NCBI GenBank assembly: GCA_964536675.1
Contig: CAZHYX010000001.1
Coordinates: 1-47,376 of the forward strand
Source of the DNA: an uncultured Flavobacteriaceae bacterium
GTDB lineage: Bacteria; Bacteroidota; Bacteroidia; Flavobacteriales; Flavobacteriaceae
Length of the DNA: 47,376 bases
Reading direction: 5' to 3'
Part shown: in pieces, positions 46,381 to 47,376 of the stretch
Layout of the letters: each line of letters opens with the position of its first letter
Position numbering within the stretch: position 1 is the stretch's first letter
Made by a program: the position numbers and the translations under genes
Notes under the pieces: model-generated
The model's database searches: none
Told to the model about the DNA's origin: nothing
The model's input: only the letters and a program-made list of their open reading frames with translations

Positions 46381-46623
46381 ATGAAAAGGACAATTAAGGG
46401 CACCGAGAATAATTTTCACAATGTTGGGGAAATCAGCATGTACGTAGACATGACAGACACCGTTCGTACTCAGGATGGCGGTGTAGGGGTATGGATTTCA
46501 ACAAATCAGGCACGCAGAATTGATGAACACTTCTGCGGTATAAAGAGCTGCTCTTGCGGCTCTAGCCCTGTACAGGAATATAATTATGACGGATACTTGA
46601 TCGCGGCGGACCTGTTTGAATAG
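46381..46623 (+). CDS. Early hypothetical protein (HFCGIKSCSCG)
   Basis: First gene after promoter 2. Confidence 0.72.
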   Translation: MKRTIKGTENNFHNVGEISMYVDMTDTVRTQDGGVGVWISTNQARRIDEHFCGIKSCSCGSSPVQEYNYDGYLIAADLFE

Positions 46624-46648
46624 AAAACCAAAAAAAGGGGGTGAAAAA

Positions 46649-46912
46649 ATGAAGAAAGAAATCAACATTGCAGAGATTTACAATATAACTGCTAAGCTCT
46701 CCGAGCTTGACGGTTATATACAAAAAGCAAGGGAGATAGCTGGTGAGGGTAATGATATTGTGCTGACAGGGGCAGGGCCTGTATGGCTCTATCTCAAAAT
46801 AGCCCATGCTCTCCATGGAAAGGCAAGGAAATTGATTTACAGAAGTCCGGTTACTGGCGAGGTCGTGATATTTGACCATTCGTCTATAGCGGCAGAAGAA
46901 GTGGAAGAATAA
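46649..46912 (+). CDS. csx3: Csx3/Crn3-like protein (putative cyclic oligoadenylate ring nuclease or binder)
   Basis: IVLTGAGPVWLYLKIAHALH...VVIFDH resembles the Csx3 signature (SGRGPIWL...AH..AH...VVVQSH, recalled); GGGGGTG RBS before ATG 46649. Confidence 0.72.
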   Translation: MKKEINIAEIYNITAKLSELDGYIQKAREIAGEGNDIVLTGAGPVWLYLKIAHALHGKARKLIYRSPVTGEVVIFDHSSIAAEEVEE

Positions 46913-46933
46913 AAAAACAAAGGGGGTGAAAAT

Positions 46934-47137
46934 ATGAAACACCAGCAGGGAGCTAATTTTTCAGCATACTTTTCAGCAGAAGAAGTTAAGACGATAGAAG
47001 AATATGCAGAAAAAAAAGGAATTTCAAGGTCTGTGATTCTGAAAGTAGCAGTTAAAGAGTACCTTGAGAGAAAGGGAAAAGATGAAATAGAGGAGATAAA
47101 AAATGACAACAGACGAAAGAAACAAAATCAAAGATAA
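46934..47137 (+). CDS. Ribbon-helix-helix (CopG-like) DNA-binding protein
   Basis: NFSAYF strand, then IEEYAEKKGISRSVILKVAVKEYL. Confidence 0.8.
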   Translation: MKHQQGANFSAYFSAEEVKTIEEYAEKKGISRSVILKVAVKEYLERKGKDEIEEIKNDNRRKKQNQR

Positions 47138-47375
47138 TGTAGAGGCAGATGTAGAGGCAAAAGGCGAAGATTATTTTGCGACAATATTACCAGAGGTTGA
47201 AAATTGCCTCAAAGAACATCCAAAACCTCTATTCCACTTAATGGATTTAATTATAAAATATAGAAACCAAGCAAGGATGGAAATTTTGGGCAAAATGAAC
47301 ACAAGGAATGAGAAAAGAGAGGCAGAATTTAAAAAAACAATGGAAAAAGAATTAAGAAAAAATAATTTGATGTGA
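47103..47375 (+). CDS. Hypothetical early protein
   Basis: GAGGAG RBS; 90-aa ORF. Confidence 0.6.
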   Translation: MTTDERNKIKDNVEADVEAKGEDYFATILPEVENCLKEHPKPLFHLMDLIIKYRNQARMEILGKMNTRNEKREAEFKKTMEKELRKNNLM

Positions 47376-47376
47376 A

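Noticed and set aside
1243-47109. Minus-strand ORFs in the track (e.g. 1243-1464, 7245-7613, 8594-8893, 45744-46145, 46562-46942)
   Set aside because: They lie antisense to well-supported + strand genes, lack recognisable motifs and have shadow-ORF composition
1-47376. Alternative genetic code, tRNA genes, introns/inteins, or prophage attachment sites
   Set aside because: Standard-code ORFs tile densely with sensible overlaps; no cloverleaf, intein, homing endonuclease, integrase or host gene was recognised

Overview
About 47 kb of an AT-rich tailed-phage genome (myovirus morphology), with essentially all genes on the + strand and no host genes or integrase in view. Gene order: four tandem ankyrin-repeat genes sharing an N-terminal leader; terminases, portal, prohead protease, scaffold, decoration protein and major capsid; neck, tail sheath, tube, frameshifting chaperones and tape measure; baseplate and receptor-binding genes; a radical SAM/SPASM + SDR cluster; a lysis cassette with overlapping spanins (implying a diderm host); and the start of an early region with two duplicated consensus sigma70 promoters. 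Three main leads, all inferred from motifs read by eye with no database searches. (1) The last tail/baseplate gene ends in a 10-Cys (TCGCTG)n tail and is directly followed by two radical SAM enzymes and an SDR, suggesting RiPP-like modification of a virion protein. (2) The ankyrin array swaps repeat modules between paralogues and carries a KQAxxYxxKAExLL leader that recurs in an unrelated gene in the tail operon. (3) An early Csx3/Crn3-like ring nuclease sits next to an RHH gene, a candidate anti-type III CRISPR locus.
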